64,000 nt of DNA from an uncultured Lentisphaeria bacterium (GTDB lineage: Bacteria; Verrucomicrobiota; Lentisphaeria; Victivallales; Victivallaceae). The notes under the pieces are model-generated. The model was not told the origin of the DNA and made no database searches. It saw only the letters and a program-made list of their open reading frames with translations. The first letter of the stretch is position 1, and each line of letters begins with the position of its first letter. The position numbers and the translations under genes were made by a program. Shown here one piece after another: positions 53,070 to 61,537 of the stretch. Location of the stretch: contig CALABZ010000086.1 in the NCBI GenBank assembly GCA_937888615.1, positions 342-64,341 of the forward strand, in the 5' to 3' direction.

Positions 53070-53432
53070 ATGAAAATCGCAGTAACTACCGCCGGAACCA
53101 CCCTGGACGATGCTCTGGAGAGCCGTTTCGGGCGTACGCCCCGCTTCCTGATCGTCGATACGGCGGACGGCACATTCGAGTCCGTGGACAATATCCAGAA
53201 CCTGAACGCCGCCCAGGGCGCGGGGATTCAGGCGGCCATGACCGTCGTCAACGCCGGTGCGGAAGCCGTCATCACCGGGCATTGCGGGCCGAAAGCCTTC
53301 CGGGTTCTCAATGAAGCCGGCGTTAAAATCTACAATATCGAAACCGTCACCGTCCGTGAAGCGGTCAAACTTTACCAGGAAGGCAAATTGCAGCCCGCGG
53401 AAAACGCCGACGTGGAAGGACACTGGTTATAA
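53070..53432 (+). CDS. NifX/NifB-type cofactor-binding domain protein
   Basis: MKIAVTTAGTTLDDALESRFGRTPRFLIVD...NAAQGAGIQAAMTVVNAGAEAVITGHCGPKAFRVLNEAGVKIY is the canonical pattern of this family. Confidence 0.9.
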   Translation: MKIAVTTAGTTLDDALESRFGRTPRFLIVDTADGTFESVDNIQNLNAAQGAGIQAAMTVVNAGAEAVITGHCGPKAFRVLNEAGVKIYNIETVTVREAVKLYQEGKLQPAENADVEGHWL

Positions 53433-54292
53433 TGAAAATAGCAGTGGCGTCCGGCAAAGGCGGTACCGGCAAAACCACAGTGGCTTTGGCTTTGGCCGAA
53501 GCAGCCGCCACCGGGGTTTGCCTGCTCGACTGCGATGTGGAGGAGCCGAACTGCCGCCTGTTCGCACCGGCGGAAACCGTTTCCGAACCGGTCGGCATAC
53601 CGATGCCGGTCATTGACTCCGCACGTTGCAACGGATGTGGCGAATGCGCCCGAATCTGCCGTTTCCACGCGATTGCCGCGCTGAAACAAAAGGTTCTGCT
53701 GTTTCCCGAACTGTGTCACGGGTGCGGCGGCTGTTCGCGAATCTGTCCGACCGGAGCCTTGACCGAGCAACCCCGGCCAATCGGGGAAACCGGCCTTTCG
53801 AACAATGGCGGATTTCCGTTGCTGGACGGGCGGCTCGGCATCGGTCAGACAATGGCTCCACCCCTGATCCGCGCGGTCAAAGACCAGGGAGCACAATTGA
53901 AGGAAACAGAACTCGCCATCATCGACTGTCCGCCGGGAACGGCCTGCCCGATGGTGACAGCGGTGCGCGGTGTAGACTTCGTGTTGCTGGTCACCGAACC
54001 AACGCCGTTCGGATTGCATGACCTGAAACTGGCAGTGGAGGCGCTAAAAGAACTATCATTGCCCGCAGGCGTAATCATCAATCGCGCCGACAGCGGCGAT
54101 GGCCGGGTCCGGCGTTACTGCATGTTGGAAGCGCATATCCCGATTCTGCTGGAAATCCCGGCGCGACGGGACATCGCAGAGGCTTACTCGCGGGGCGAAA
54201 CGCTCCTTCAGGCCGCTCCGGACCTGAAACCGGCGTTCAAAAAGGTTCTCGTGAGCATCCGCGAAATGACGACAAAGGAGGCGGTACGATGA
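53432..54292 (+). CDS. MinD/CooC-like P-loop ATPase with an inserted 2x[4Fe-4S] ferredoxin domain
   Basis: Deviant Walker A ASGKGGTGKTT, CNGCGECARICRFHA and CHGCGGCSRICP motifs, then IIDCPPG and LLVTEPTPFGLHD. TAATG overlap with the preceding gene. Confidence 0.88.
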   Translation: MKIAVASGKGGTGKTTVALALAEAAATGVCLLDCDVEEPNCRLFAPAETVSEPVGIPMPVIDSARCNGCGECARICRFHAIAALKQKVLLFPELCHGCGGCSRICPTGALTEQPRPIGETGLSNNGGFPLLDGRLGIGQTMAPPLIRAVKDQGAQLKETELAIIDCPPGTACPMVTAVRGVDFVLLVTEPTPFGLHDLKLAVEALKELSLPAGVIINRADSGDGRVRRYCMLEAHIPILLEIPARRDIAEAYSRGETLLQAAPDLKPAFKKVLVSIREMTTKEAVR

Positions 54293-55155
54293 AAGAACTG
54301 GTTATCCTGAGCGGCAAAGGCGGCACCGGCAAAACCAGCATCACCGGTTCCTTCGCCGCATTGGCCCGAAACGCGGTATTGGCGGATTGCGATGTGGACG
54401 CCGCCGACCTGCACCTGTTGCTGGGACCGAACGTCCGCGCCAGACACGACTTTATTTCCGGCAACGAGGCGATAATCGACCCATCCCGCTGTACACAGTG
54501 CGGCACCTGCGCCGAATTATGCCGATTTCAAGCGATCAGCCGAAAGAACGGACGAATAACGCTTGATCCTTTCGGTTGCGAAGGTTGCGGCGTCTGCGTG
54601 GAATTCTGCCCGGAACAGGCTATTGCATTCCCGGAACGCCATTGCGGTGAATGGTACGAGTCGGACACCGTTTACGGACCGATGGTCCACGCGAAGCTCG
54701 CCCCGGCCGCCGAAAACTCCGGCAAACTGGTCACCCGGGTACGTACCGCGGCCCGGGCGGAGGCTGAAAAACGAGGCGCCGAATTGATCCTGATCGACGG
54801 TCCGCCCGGCATCGGCTGTCCGGTCATAGCCTCACTCAGCGGAGCGACGGCGGTGCTGGTGGTCACCGAACCGACCGTTTCAGGGGAACACGACCTCGGG
54901 CGGGTATTGCAATTGGCGAAACATTTCCGGGTTCCGGCGATGGTTTGCGTGAATAAATGGGATTTGAACCCCGAAACAACGTTGCGAATCGAACAGACAA
55001 CGGTCGCCGCCGGCGCAGTGCCGGTCGGCAGAATTCCTTATGATACGATCTTTACCACGGCCATGATTAATGGCCGCACGGTGGTCGATTATCCGGAATC
55101 CAAGGCCGCTGAAAATATTGTTAGAATATGGGAGCAATTATGTCAGACAATATGA
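54289..55155 (+). CDS. MinD/CooC-like P-loop ATPase with an inserted 2x[4Fe-4S] ferredoxin domain (paralog)
   Basis: LSGKGGTGKTS, CTQCGTCAELCRFQA, CEGCGVCVEFCP, LIDGPPGIGCP, LVVTEPTVSGEHD. ATGA overlap with the preceding gene. Confidence 0.88.
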   Translation: MKELVILSGKGGTGKTSITGSFAALARNAVLADCDVDAADLHLLLGPNVRARHDFISGNEAIIDPSRCTQCGTCAELCRFQAISRKNGRITLDPFGCEGCGVCVEFCPEQAIAFPERHCGEWYESDTVYGPMVHAKLAPAAENSGKLVTRVRTAARAEAEKRGAELILIDGPPGIGCPVIASLSGATAVLVVTEPTVSGEHDLGRVLQLAKHFRVPAMVCVNKWDLNPETTLRIEQTTVAAGAVPVGRIPYDTIFTTAMINGRTVVDYPESKAAENIVRIWEQLCQTI

Positions 55156-56378
55156 AGACGTGTGACCATGCCGCCGGATGCGGCGGCCACAATCACGAAC
55201 AGAACGAACAGAACGAACAGGAAAAACTGCGGTGCTGCCTGGACCGGATTCAGCACAAGATCATCGTCATGTCCGGCAAGGGCGGCGTGGGCAAAAGCAC
55301 CGTGGCCGTAAACCTGGCGGTGGCCTTGTCCATGGCCGGAAAACGGGTGGGACTGCTGGATGTCGATATCCACGGCCCCAGCATTCCGGTGATGTTGAAC
55401 CTGACCGGGGAACAGTTGGCCATGGCCGGCGAAAAGATGCAGCCGGTCAGCATCGGCACCCTGAAAGTCATGTCGATCGGTTTCCTGCTGCGCGACAGCG
55501 ACGAAGCCGTGATCTGGCGCGGCCCGATGAAGATGGGCGTGATCCGGCAATTCCTGACCGACGTCGAATGGGGCGATCTGGATTATCTGGTGATCGACCT
55601 GCCGCCGGGTACCGGCGACGAATCGCTTTCGATCTGCCAGACAGTGGAAAACGCCGACGGCGCGATCGTGGTAACGACCCCGCAGGAAGTTTCCGCCGCG
55701 GACGTCCGCAAATCGGTTGATTTCTGTCTGAAACTCGACTTGCCGGTCCTTGGAATCGTCGAAAACATGAGCGGTTTTGTCTGCCCGAAGTGCGGCGAAG
55801 TGACCGAGATTTTCAATTCCGGCGCCGGACAGGCGATCGCCGACAAATTCGGTCTGCGGCTGCTTGGCAAAATCCCGCTGGACCCATTGGTCTGCGCTGC
55901 CGGTGATTCCGGCAAACCCCTTATCTATCATTATTCAAAAACGGCTGTCGCCAAGGCATTTGAAACGGTCATCGCGCCGATTCTGGCCCTGTCGGAAGCT
56001 GTCAACTCTCAACCCAACAACAACAAAGAGAACAAAAACATGAAAATCGCCATTCCCCTTGCCGACGGAAAACTGTGCATGCATTTCGGACATTGCGAAC
56101 AATTCGCTCTGATCGACGTCAACGTCGATACCCAGCGAGTTACAGCCAGTGAACTCGTCACGCCGCCGCCCCACGAGCCCGGCCTGCTCCCGAAATGGCT
56201 CGGCGAAAAAGGCGTCACCCAGATCATCGCCGGCGGCATGGGCGAACGCGCCCAGCAACTGTTCGCCTCCCAGCATATCAACGTCGTGACGGGCGCTCCG
56301 GCGGAAGAACCGGAGAAACTGGTGGCGGATTTTCTTTCCGGGACACTTGTCACCGGTGAAAACGCCTGCGATCATTAG
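55140..56378 (+). CDS. Mrp/NBP35 (ApbC-like) Fe-S carrier ATPase fused to a C-terminal NifX/NifB-type domain
   Basis: The start is at MSDNMK (RBS GGGAG). Mrp part: VMSGKGGVGKSTVAVNLA...VIWRGPM...DYLVIDLPPGTGDE...CPKCGE. C-terminal ~115 aa: MKIAIPLADGKLCMHFGHCEQFALIDV...VTQIIAGGMGERAQQLF. The N-terminus is His/Cys-rich (CDHAAGCGGHNHEQNEQNEQE). Confidence 0.9.
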   Translation: MSDNMKTCDHAAGCGGHNHEQNEQNEQEKLRCCLDRIQHKIIVMSGKGGVGKSTVAVNLAVALSMAGKRVGLLDVDIHGPSIPVMLNLTGEQLAMAGEKMQPVSIGTLKVMSIGFLLRDSDEAVIWRGPMKMGVIRQFLTDVEWGDLDYLVIDLPPGTGDESLSICQTVENADGAIVVTTPQEVSAADVRKSVDFCLKLDLPVLGIVENMSGFVCPKCGEVTEIFNSGAGQAIADKFGLRLLGKIPLDPLVCAAGDSGKPLIYHYSKTAVAKAFETVIAPILALSEAVNSQPNNNKENKNMKIAIPLADGKLCMHFGHCEQFALIDVNVDTQRVTASELVTPPPHEPGLLPKWLGEKGVTQIIAGGMGERAQQLFASQHINVVTGAPAEEPEKLVADFLSGTLVTGENACDH

Positions 56379-56379
56379 G

Positions 56380-56787
56380 ATGAAGCGGGAAACACCATCC
56401 CCTCATCCCCATCCTCATTGCCTGCTCTGCGGAGACCGAAATCCGCAGAGCTTGCAACTGCATTTCGACGACGACGGCGAAGGACGGGTTTCCCGCTTCA
56501 AAGGCCGCCGTATTTTGCAGGGATATGAGGGGATATTACATGGGGGAGTCATCGCCTCGCTGCTGGACTCCGCCATGACCAACTGTCTGTTCCTCCAGGG
56601 CATCCGGGCGGTGACGGGTGAACTCAAAGTACGCTACCGCCATCCGGTTCCGTGTTACGCAGAACTGCTGCTGCGGGCGCAGATCGTGGAAACGCGAGGT
56701 TCGTTTTACGAGCTGAAAGCGGAACTGCTGCTGGAAGAACGGATCATGGCGCACGCCGACGCCAAATTCATCCGGCTCGCCGATTAG
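56380..56787 (+). CDS. Hotdog-fold thioesterase (PaaI/4HBT-like) with an N-terminal CxxC
   Basis: GILHGGVIASLLDSAMTNCLF is the PaaI-type active-site region. The N-terminus is HPHPHCLLCGDRNP. The gene starts 1 nt after the Mrp stop. Confidence 0.8.
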   Translation: MKRETPSPHPHPHCLLCGDRNPQSLQLHFDDDGEGRVSRFKGRRILQGYEGILHGGVIASLLDSAMTNCLFLQGIRAVTGELKVRYRHPVPCYAELLLRAQIVETRGSFYELKAELLLEERIMAHADAKFIRLAD

Positions 56788-56851
56788 CGCGCCTCCCCCT
56801 GCGATTCACAACCTGTCAAATCATTATTCACATTTTTTAATGAGTTGCCTA

Positions 56852-56880
56852 TTGACAAATGTCGCGGTACATGTTATAAT
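56852..56880 (+). promoter_or_regulatory. Consensus sigma-70 promoter (TTGACA-17-TATAAT) of the LacI-pseudopilin-exoprotein operon
   Basis: TTGACA at 56852-56857, a 17-nt spacer, then TATAAT at 56875-56880. The ATG is at 56929. Confidence 0.7.
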
Positions 56881-56898
56881 AAATGTATCGCGACATTT
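56857..56898. promoter_or_regulatory. 42-bp palindrome spanning the -10 box (candidate operator)
   Basis: AAATGTCGCGGTACAT (56857-56872) and ATGTATCGCGACATTT (56883-56898) are inverted repeats matching at 15 of 16 positions. The 10-bp centre GTTATAATAA contains the -10 hexamer. Confidence 0.5.
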
Positions 56899-56928
56899 AA
56901 TGTATGAAACCATGAAGAAAGGCAAACC

Positions 56929-57948
56929 ATGATCACCTTGTCGGAAGTAGCCGAAGCAGCCGGAGTATCCCGCTCGGCGGTATCCAAAGCCCTGCTGGGG
57001 GGCGGCGGTAAAACCACCAAAGTGAGCGAGAAAAACATCATCCGCATCCGCGAAACCGCGGCGCGTCTCGGCTATCGTCCGAACCTGCTGGCCCAACGTC
57101 TGGCCAATAAGCGTCAGGATATCATCGGGGTGATCATCGACAGCCAATGCTGCGGGCTGTACAACAATATCATGAGTACGATTGAACATTTGACGTTCAG
57201 TTCCGGCTGTCGGCTCCAGGTCGGCCTGGTTCACGACAGTTACGACGCGATCAAAAAATATGTCGACGACCTCCTCGGCTACAATATCCAGAGCGTCATC
57301 TGCCTGGCGCATTACTACAGTTTCGCCGAACAGATTCCGCCATTGTTCAAGCCGTTCAAGAATGCGCTGTTCATCAGCAAGCCGATGACGGAGAAAAAAT
57401 TCTCGTTTGTTTCGCCGGACTATTATGCCATCTTTTACGAAGCTGTGGAGTATTTGCTGAAGCTGAATCACCGCCGGATTGTTTTCGCGAAAACGAATTA
57501 CGACACCTATGACGCCAGGGTTCGGGCCCAGGCTTTCCACGATGCCCACCGGGCATACGGCGTGGAATATGTCGAAGAGCAGATTTATAAAGAAAACGCC
57601 GGCGAGATCGACACGCCGGAGCTGATGGACCGGTTTCTCTCCGACATCCTGCCGTTGAAACCGGACGCGTTGATTCTGGGAAACGGCATCGCCATCAACT
57701 GGTGCATCCGGAAACTGCGCGAAAGAAATCTCCGGGTCCCGGAAGATATTTCGATTATCGGGATGGACGACTGGTCGGGCAGCCAGGCCATGACTCCGTC
57801 GATCACGGTGATGAACAATAACTACCGCGAAATCGCCCGGCAGGCGGTCCAGCTCATCCAGGAAAACGCCAAAAACGAAACCCCGCAGATCAAGGAAATT
57901 TTCATCAGAGGCCAATTAGTTCTCGGTGAATCATGTACCCGCAAATAA
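56929..57948 (+). CDS. LacI family transcriptional regulator
   Basis: MITLSEVAEAAGVSRSAVSKALLGGGGKTTKVSEKNIIRIRETAARLGYRPNLLAQRL HTH, plus a sugar-binding core. Confidence 0.92.
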   Translation: MITLSEVAEAAGVSRSAVSKALLGGGGKTTKVSEKNIIRIRETAARLGYRPNLLAQRLANKRQDIIGVIIDSQCCGLYNNIMSTIEHLTFSSGCRLQVGLVHDSYDAIKKYVDDLLGYNIQSVICLAHYYSFAEQIPPLFKPFKNALFISKPMTEKKFSFVSPDYYAIFYEAVEYLLKLNHRRIVFAKTNYDTYDARVRAQAFHDAHRAYGVEYVEEQIYKENAGEIDTPELMDRFLSDILPLKPDALILGNGIAINWCIRKLRERNLRVPEDISIIGMDDWSGSQAMTPSITVMNNNYREIARQAVQLIQENAKNETPQIKEIFIRGQLVLGESCTRK

Positions 57949-57969
57949 CAAACCAGGAGGAATATATCT

Positions 57970-58683
57970 ATGAATTCAGAAAGAACAAAACATTTCACAC
58001 TTATAGAGTTATTAGTAGTTATAGCCATCATAGCAATACTTGCGGCGATGCTGCTGCCGGCATTGAACAGCGCCCGCGAAAAAGCGCGATCCATCAGCTG
58101 CCTTTCCAATTTGAAGCAACTGGGTACTGCCGTCCATCTCTATGCCGACGACAATAACGGTTTCTCCACCGCGGTTTATCCGGACCGGTTCGGTGGAACC
58201 CGCTGGTGCGTTGAATACAACAGCAAATATATTCTGGACAGAAATGTCTTTTTGTGCCCCTCCGAGCCGCTGGCGAAATGGGAATCGACCTGGGAGACCG
58301 ACTGGATCCCATACGGTGTACCCAAGGAAATCGTCGGTCAGTACGGAACCCTGTTCAATAAAAAACCGCTTCCGGTTAAGTTGACTGATTTGCTCCATAA
58401 CGGCGCCACCCCCGCCCTTATCGGCGAAACCATCATAAAAGGCAAACCTGGAGCAAGCCATCCGGGAATGCTTTTTTATACCGTCGTCCCACCCAGCCCT
58501 TTCCAACTGCTTCCCGCCGCCTGGGAGCCGATTGACGCGCGTCATAACATGCAGGCAAATTTTGCAATCATCGATGGCAGTGCGGTTTCCCTCGGCACAA
58601 CCCGTATTCAGAGTGAAGTCAAAAAGTATTTCCGTCCCTATCAGTCCTGGAACGGTTCCGGCTTCACCCTGGTTTTCAACTAG
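57970..58683 (+). CDS. Prepilin-type N-terminal cleavage/methylation domain protein with an H-X9-DG motif
   Basis: [39 protein letters not shown] at the N-terminus, and [24 protein letters not shown]. Confidence 0.9.
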   Translation: MNSERTKHFTLIELLVVIAIIAILAAMLLPALNSAREKARSISCLSNLKQLGTAVHLYADDNNGFSTAVYPDRFGGTRWCVEYNSKYILDRNVFLCPSEPLAKWESTWETDWIPYGVPKEIVGQYGTLFNKKPLPVKLTDLLHNGATPALIGETIIKGKPGASHPGMLFYTVVPPSPFQLLPAAWEPIDARHNMQANFAIIDGSAVSLGTTRIQSEVKKYFRPYQSWNGSGFTLVFN

Positions 58684-58711
58684 ACACAAACCTGATTTAA
58701 CGGAGTATCAA

Positions 58712-61516
58712 ATGAAACGAATCAGCATTTTTTCTTTCCTGCTTCTGGCCTGTACGATCATGGCGGAAGATCCCTTTCCGGTAATGGACCCCGCCGGCTC
58801 AATGCCTGACAAGCAGGGCAATCCGCTCTTTTACGGCCATGCCGAATTCCAGGCGAAGGATGCTTTTCCGTACCTGAAACCGGACAGCCAGACAGGCGAC
58901 AGGCAGTTTCTGGTGACGGCCATTAATCTCAACCGCAACTGGCGGAAACCGTTCCGTTACGATGAAACCGCTCTCCGGCAGGAGATCGACCTGATCGCGC
59001 CGCAGGATGATTATGTAACCGCAGGTCTTTCCGTCTTCATGCTTGCACCCATGAATTTGCTCGAACTGAATGTCACGCCCCTGACCGCCTCGTCCGGAAA
59101 ACAAATCGCGGCGGATAGAATCCGGTTTTTTACAATTGTGCCGCGGGAACGCAACCAGCGTTTCCGTGATGCTCACCTGTTGCTCGAACCAAAGTTGACG
59201 GAACTGAAAAAAGGAGAACAGATCAATCTTATGCTCATGGCGGATATTCCGGCGGGAACCGAAGCGGGTCTTTATGAGGGGCAGATCCGAGTCGGCAAAT
59301 GCGTGGTTCCGCTGAAAATCAGGGTCATGGATTTTACCTTGCCGCGGGCCGGGTCATTCGGCTTTTACCTGAATGGAAACCTCTACACGCCGGGTGAAAA
59401 ATCGATCCAGCAAAACGGCTATATTGAAAAAAATCTTCCCCGGTACTTCAATTTCTACCGGACACGCCGCCTGAATTCCATTACCTTATACGACAATCTG
59501 CCCGATCTGCATTATGTAAACGGCAAAGTGACCGGCGAACTCGCCGACATTACCAGAACCGCCGCCGCCATGAAACAGGCTGGCCTGGACGGTCTCCTGA
59601 TCGTTGACCTGCGTAATGTCAGCTACTGGGCCAACGCCGTCGCCCAAAAGCTCGATAGCCTTGAACAAAGTGGTCAGAAAATCCCCGCCGGAGATATCGG
59701 CGTGACCATAAAAAACAGAAAAAGCCAGACAACCCCTTACAATCAACGCGCCAAAGATGTTTTCGAACAAGCCCTGCGTTACATCGTGGAATACGCGCAA
59801 CGGGAATCATGGCCGGATTACAAACTCATCGTGGAAGAAGAGATCGGCAACAACTATCCGGTAAAACTCGCCGGTTATGAATCATTTATGCCGGTACTGA
59901 TGAAAGTCTGCCCGGAACGCGCCGCCATCGTTGACAACGGAATCGGTTACGGGCGGAAAAATGCCATCGACTATGGAGCACGCGACCGGGTCCGCCACCG
60001 CCAATACAACAGTTGGGACGAAGACGGATTGGCCGCCGCCCGCAAGGATGATGTGGAAATATGGTCCTTCAACTACGGTCCTTCACGGCTGGTTCACGGA
60101 TTCTTACAGCAGCGACTCAATTCCAAAGGACATCACCAATGGGCGGATATGTGGGATTCCTTCAATTTCCAGTGGCACTACACCAAGCTCACCGACAAGG
60201 GGGTCGTATCGTCGCTGGAAGTGGAAAGAATGCACGAAGGATGTGTCGATTATGCCGCCTGCGAATACCTGAAAAAACTGATCACCGAACAGGGAAAATC
60301 CGGCAATCGCGAATTGGCTGATTTCGGGCGTCAAGTCCTGAAAGACGTCACCGCCGATCTGCCGGTACTGGGCGATACAGCCAGGAATTACGCCTCACTG
60401 CTGACCGATGAAAATCTGAATGCACGTCGCTGGCAGGTATTTCTGGCCATCGACAAACTGTTGAAACATCCGGCTCCTGCGGCAATCGTTCCCGGCAAAC
60501 CATCCGTCCTGATCCGCAAGGCCCTCCTGCCACCATTAAAGGAAACCAACTATGTCGTCAACCTGAAAAACAGCGAAGGCAAACTGGAAGAATCCGGAGA
60601 GAAAACGGAAAAATTCTGGAGCACCACCCTCGGCCCCCTCACCTTCCTGACCGAGCATGAAGCCCAGCTCAAAGCCCGTGCCAGCACCATTGAAGAATAT
60701 CAAAAACTGAACCAGCCAAGCTATACCATCGTAAATCTGGCCTGCCTGCCGGAAGGATTGGCCGTCTGGTCCCTCACCAACAATGTCCGTCCCGAAGGCG
60801 GATACCGCTACGAACGCGGCGATGACGACGGCGACATGTGGAAAGACGACTGCATGGAGTTTTTCTTTGCCCTGCCCAACGGCAAACTGTGCCGCCTCCT
60901 CTATAATTCAGCCGGGGCCAAAACCTTTATTTACGACGGCAAAATTCTCCCCGGGGCCGATATTTCAAGTTATCATAAATCACCGGTCAACGGCAGCGGC
61001 GGCACCAGCAACAAATTGCTGATTCCGTGGCGGTATTTCGGTCTGAAGCAGGCCCCTGTCCCCGGCACGGTCTGGGAATTCAATGTAGGGCGGGAATTTC
61101 ACAGCCACCAGGCAATCCTTTCCTGGGCTCGGGTAGGACAAAGTTTTCATGAACGGGATAAATGGGGACGGCTGGTGTTCGCCGGCGGCGGTCAGGCCAA
61201 AATCAAACTCGCACCGACCATTACCATTGAACCGAATGTCAATCCGCAAATCATCAGCGGCGAGGAACTCCGGTTCAATCTGGAATCACGAGCCGCCGGC
61301 GTCAAAGAACTCCAGCTCGAAGGACTGCTGGCGCATTCAAACGGTCAGAAGATATCCCTGCCCAACCTGAAACTCCACGTCGGAATGGCGGAATTTCTCC
61401 TGAAAACGAATGGTCTGGCACCAGGTCACTGGACACTGCAACTGTGGTTGAAAGGAACGGTTCCAGCCCCGGCCAACAGTGTTCCGTTCACGATCCTGTC
61501 CTCACCCTGGCTGTAA
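58712..61516 (+). CDS. Secreted 934-aa protein, glycoside-hydrolase-like with a C-terminal CBM9-like domain
   Basis: The start is moved to MKRISIFSFLLLACTIMA (the listed 58532 start overlaps the pilin gene). The C-terminal DDCMEFFFALPNG...LLYNSAG...WEFNVGREF parallels the CBM9-like segment of the 1477-aa protein. The central region was not assigned. Confidence 0.7.
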   Translation: MKRISIFSFLLLACTIMAEDPFPVMDPAGSMPDKQGNPLFYGHAEFQAKDAFPYLKPDSQTGDRQFLVTAINLNRNWRKPFRYDETALRQEIDLIAPQDDYVTAGLSVFMLAPMNLLELNVTPLTASSGKQIAADRIRFFTIVPRERNQRFRDAHLLLEPKLTELKKGEQINLMLMADIPAGTEAGLYEGQIRVGKCVVPLKIRVMDFTLPRAGSFGFYLNGNLYTPGEKSIQQNGYIEKNLPRYFNFYRTRRLNSITLYDNLPDLHYVNGKVTGELADITRTAAAMKQAGLDGLLIVDLRNVSYWANAVAQKLDSLEQSGQKIPAGDIGVTIKNRKSQTTPYNQRAKDVFEQALRYIVEYAQRESWPDYKLIVEEEIGNNYPVKLAGYESFMPVLMKVCPERAAIVDNGIGYGRKNAIDYGARDRVRHRQYNSWDEDGLAAARKDDVEIWSFNYGPSRLVHGFLQQRLNSKGHHQWADMWDSFNFQWHYTKLTDKGVVSSLEVERMHEGCVDYAACEYLKKLITEQGKSGNRELADFGRQVLKDVTADLPVLGDTARNYASLLTDENLNARRWQVFLAIDKLLKHPAPAAIVPGKPSVLIRKALLPPLKETNYVVNLKNSEGKLEESGEKTEKFWSTTLGPLTFLTEHEAQLKARASTIEEYQKLNQPSYTIVNLACLPEGLAVWSLTNNVRPEGGYRYERGDDDGDMWKDDCMEFFFALPNGKLCRLLYNSAGAKTFIYDGKILPGADISSYHKSPVNGSGGTSNKLLIPWRYFGLKQAPVPGTVWEFNVGREFHSHQAILSWARVGQSFHERDKWGRLVFAGGGQAKIKLAPTITIEPNVNPQIISGEELRFNLESRAAGVKELQLEGLLAHSNGQKISLPNLKLHVGMAEFLLKTNGLAPGHWTLQLWLKGTVPAPANSVPFTILSSPWL

Positions 61517-61537
61517 TTTACCGCCGGGGATGAGCGA

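Noticed and set aside
52353-56378. Interpreting the NifX/NifB-like genes as evidence of nitrogen fixation
   Set aside because: No nifH, nifD, nifK, nifE, nifN or radical-SAM NifB core is present. The small NifX-type domain is widespread in non-diazotrophic anaerobes, so only a generic cluster-carrier role is claimed.
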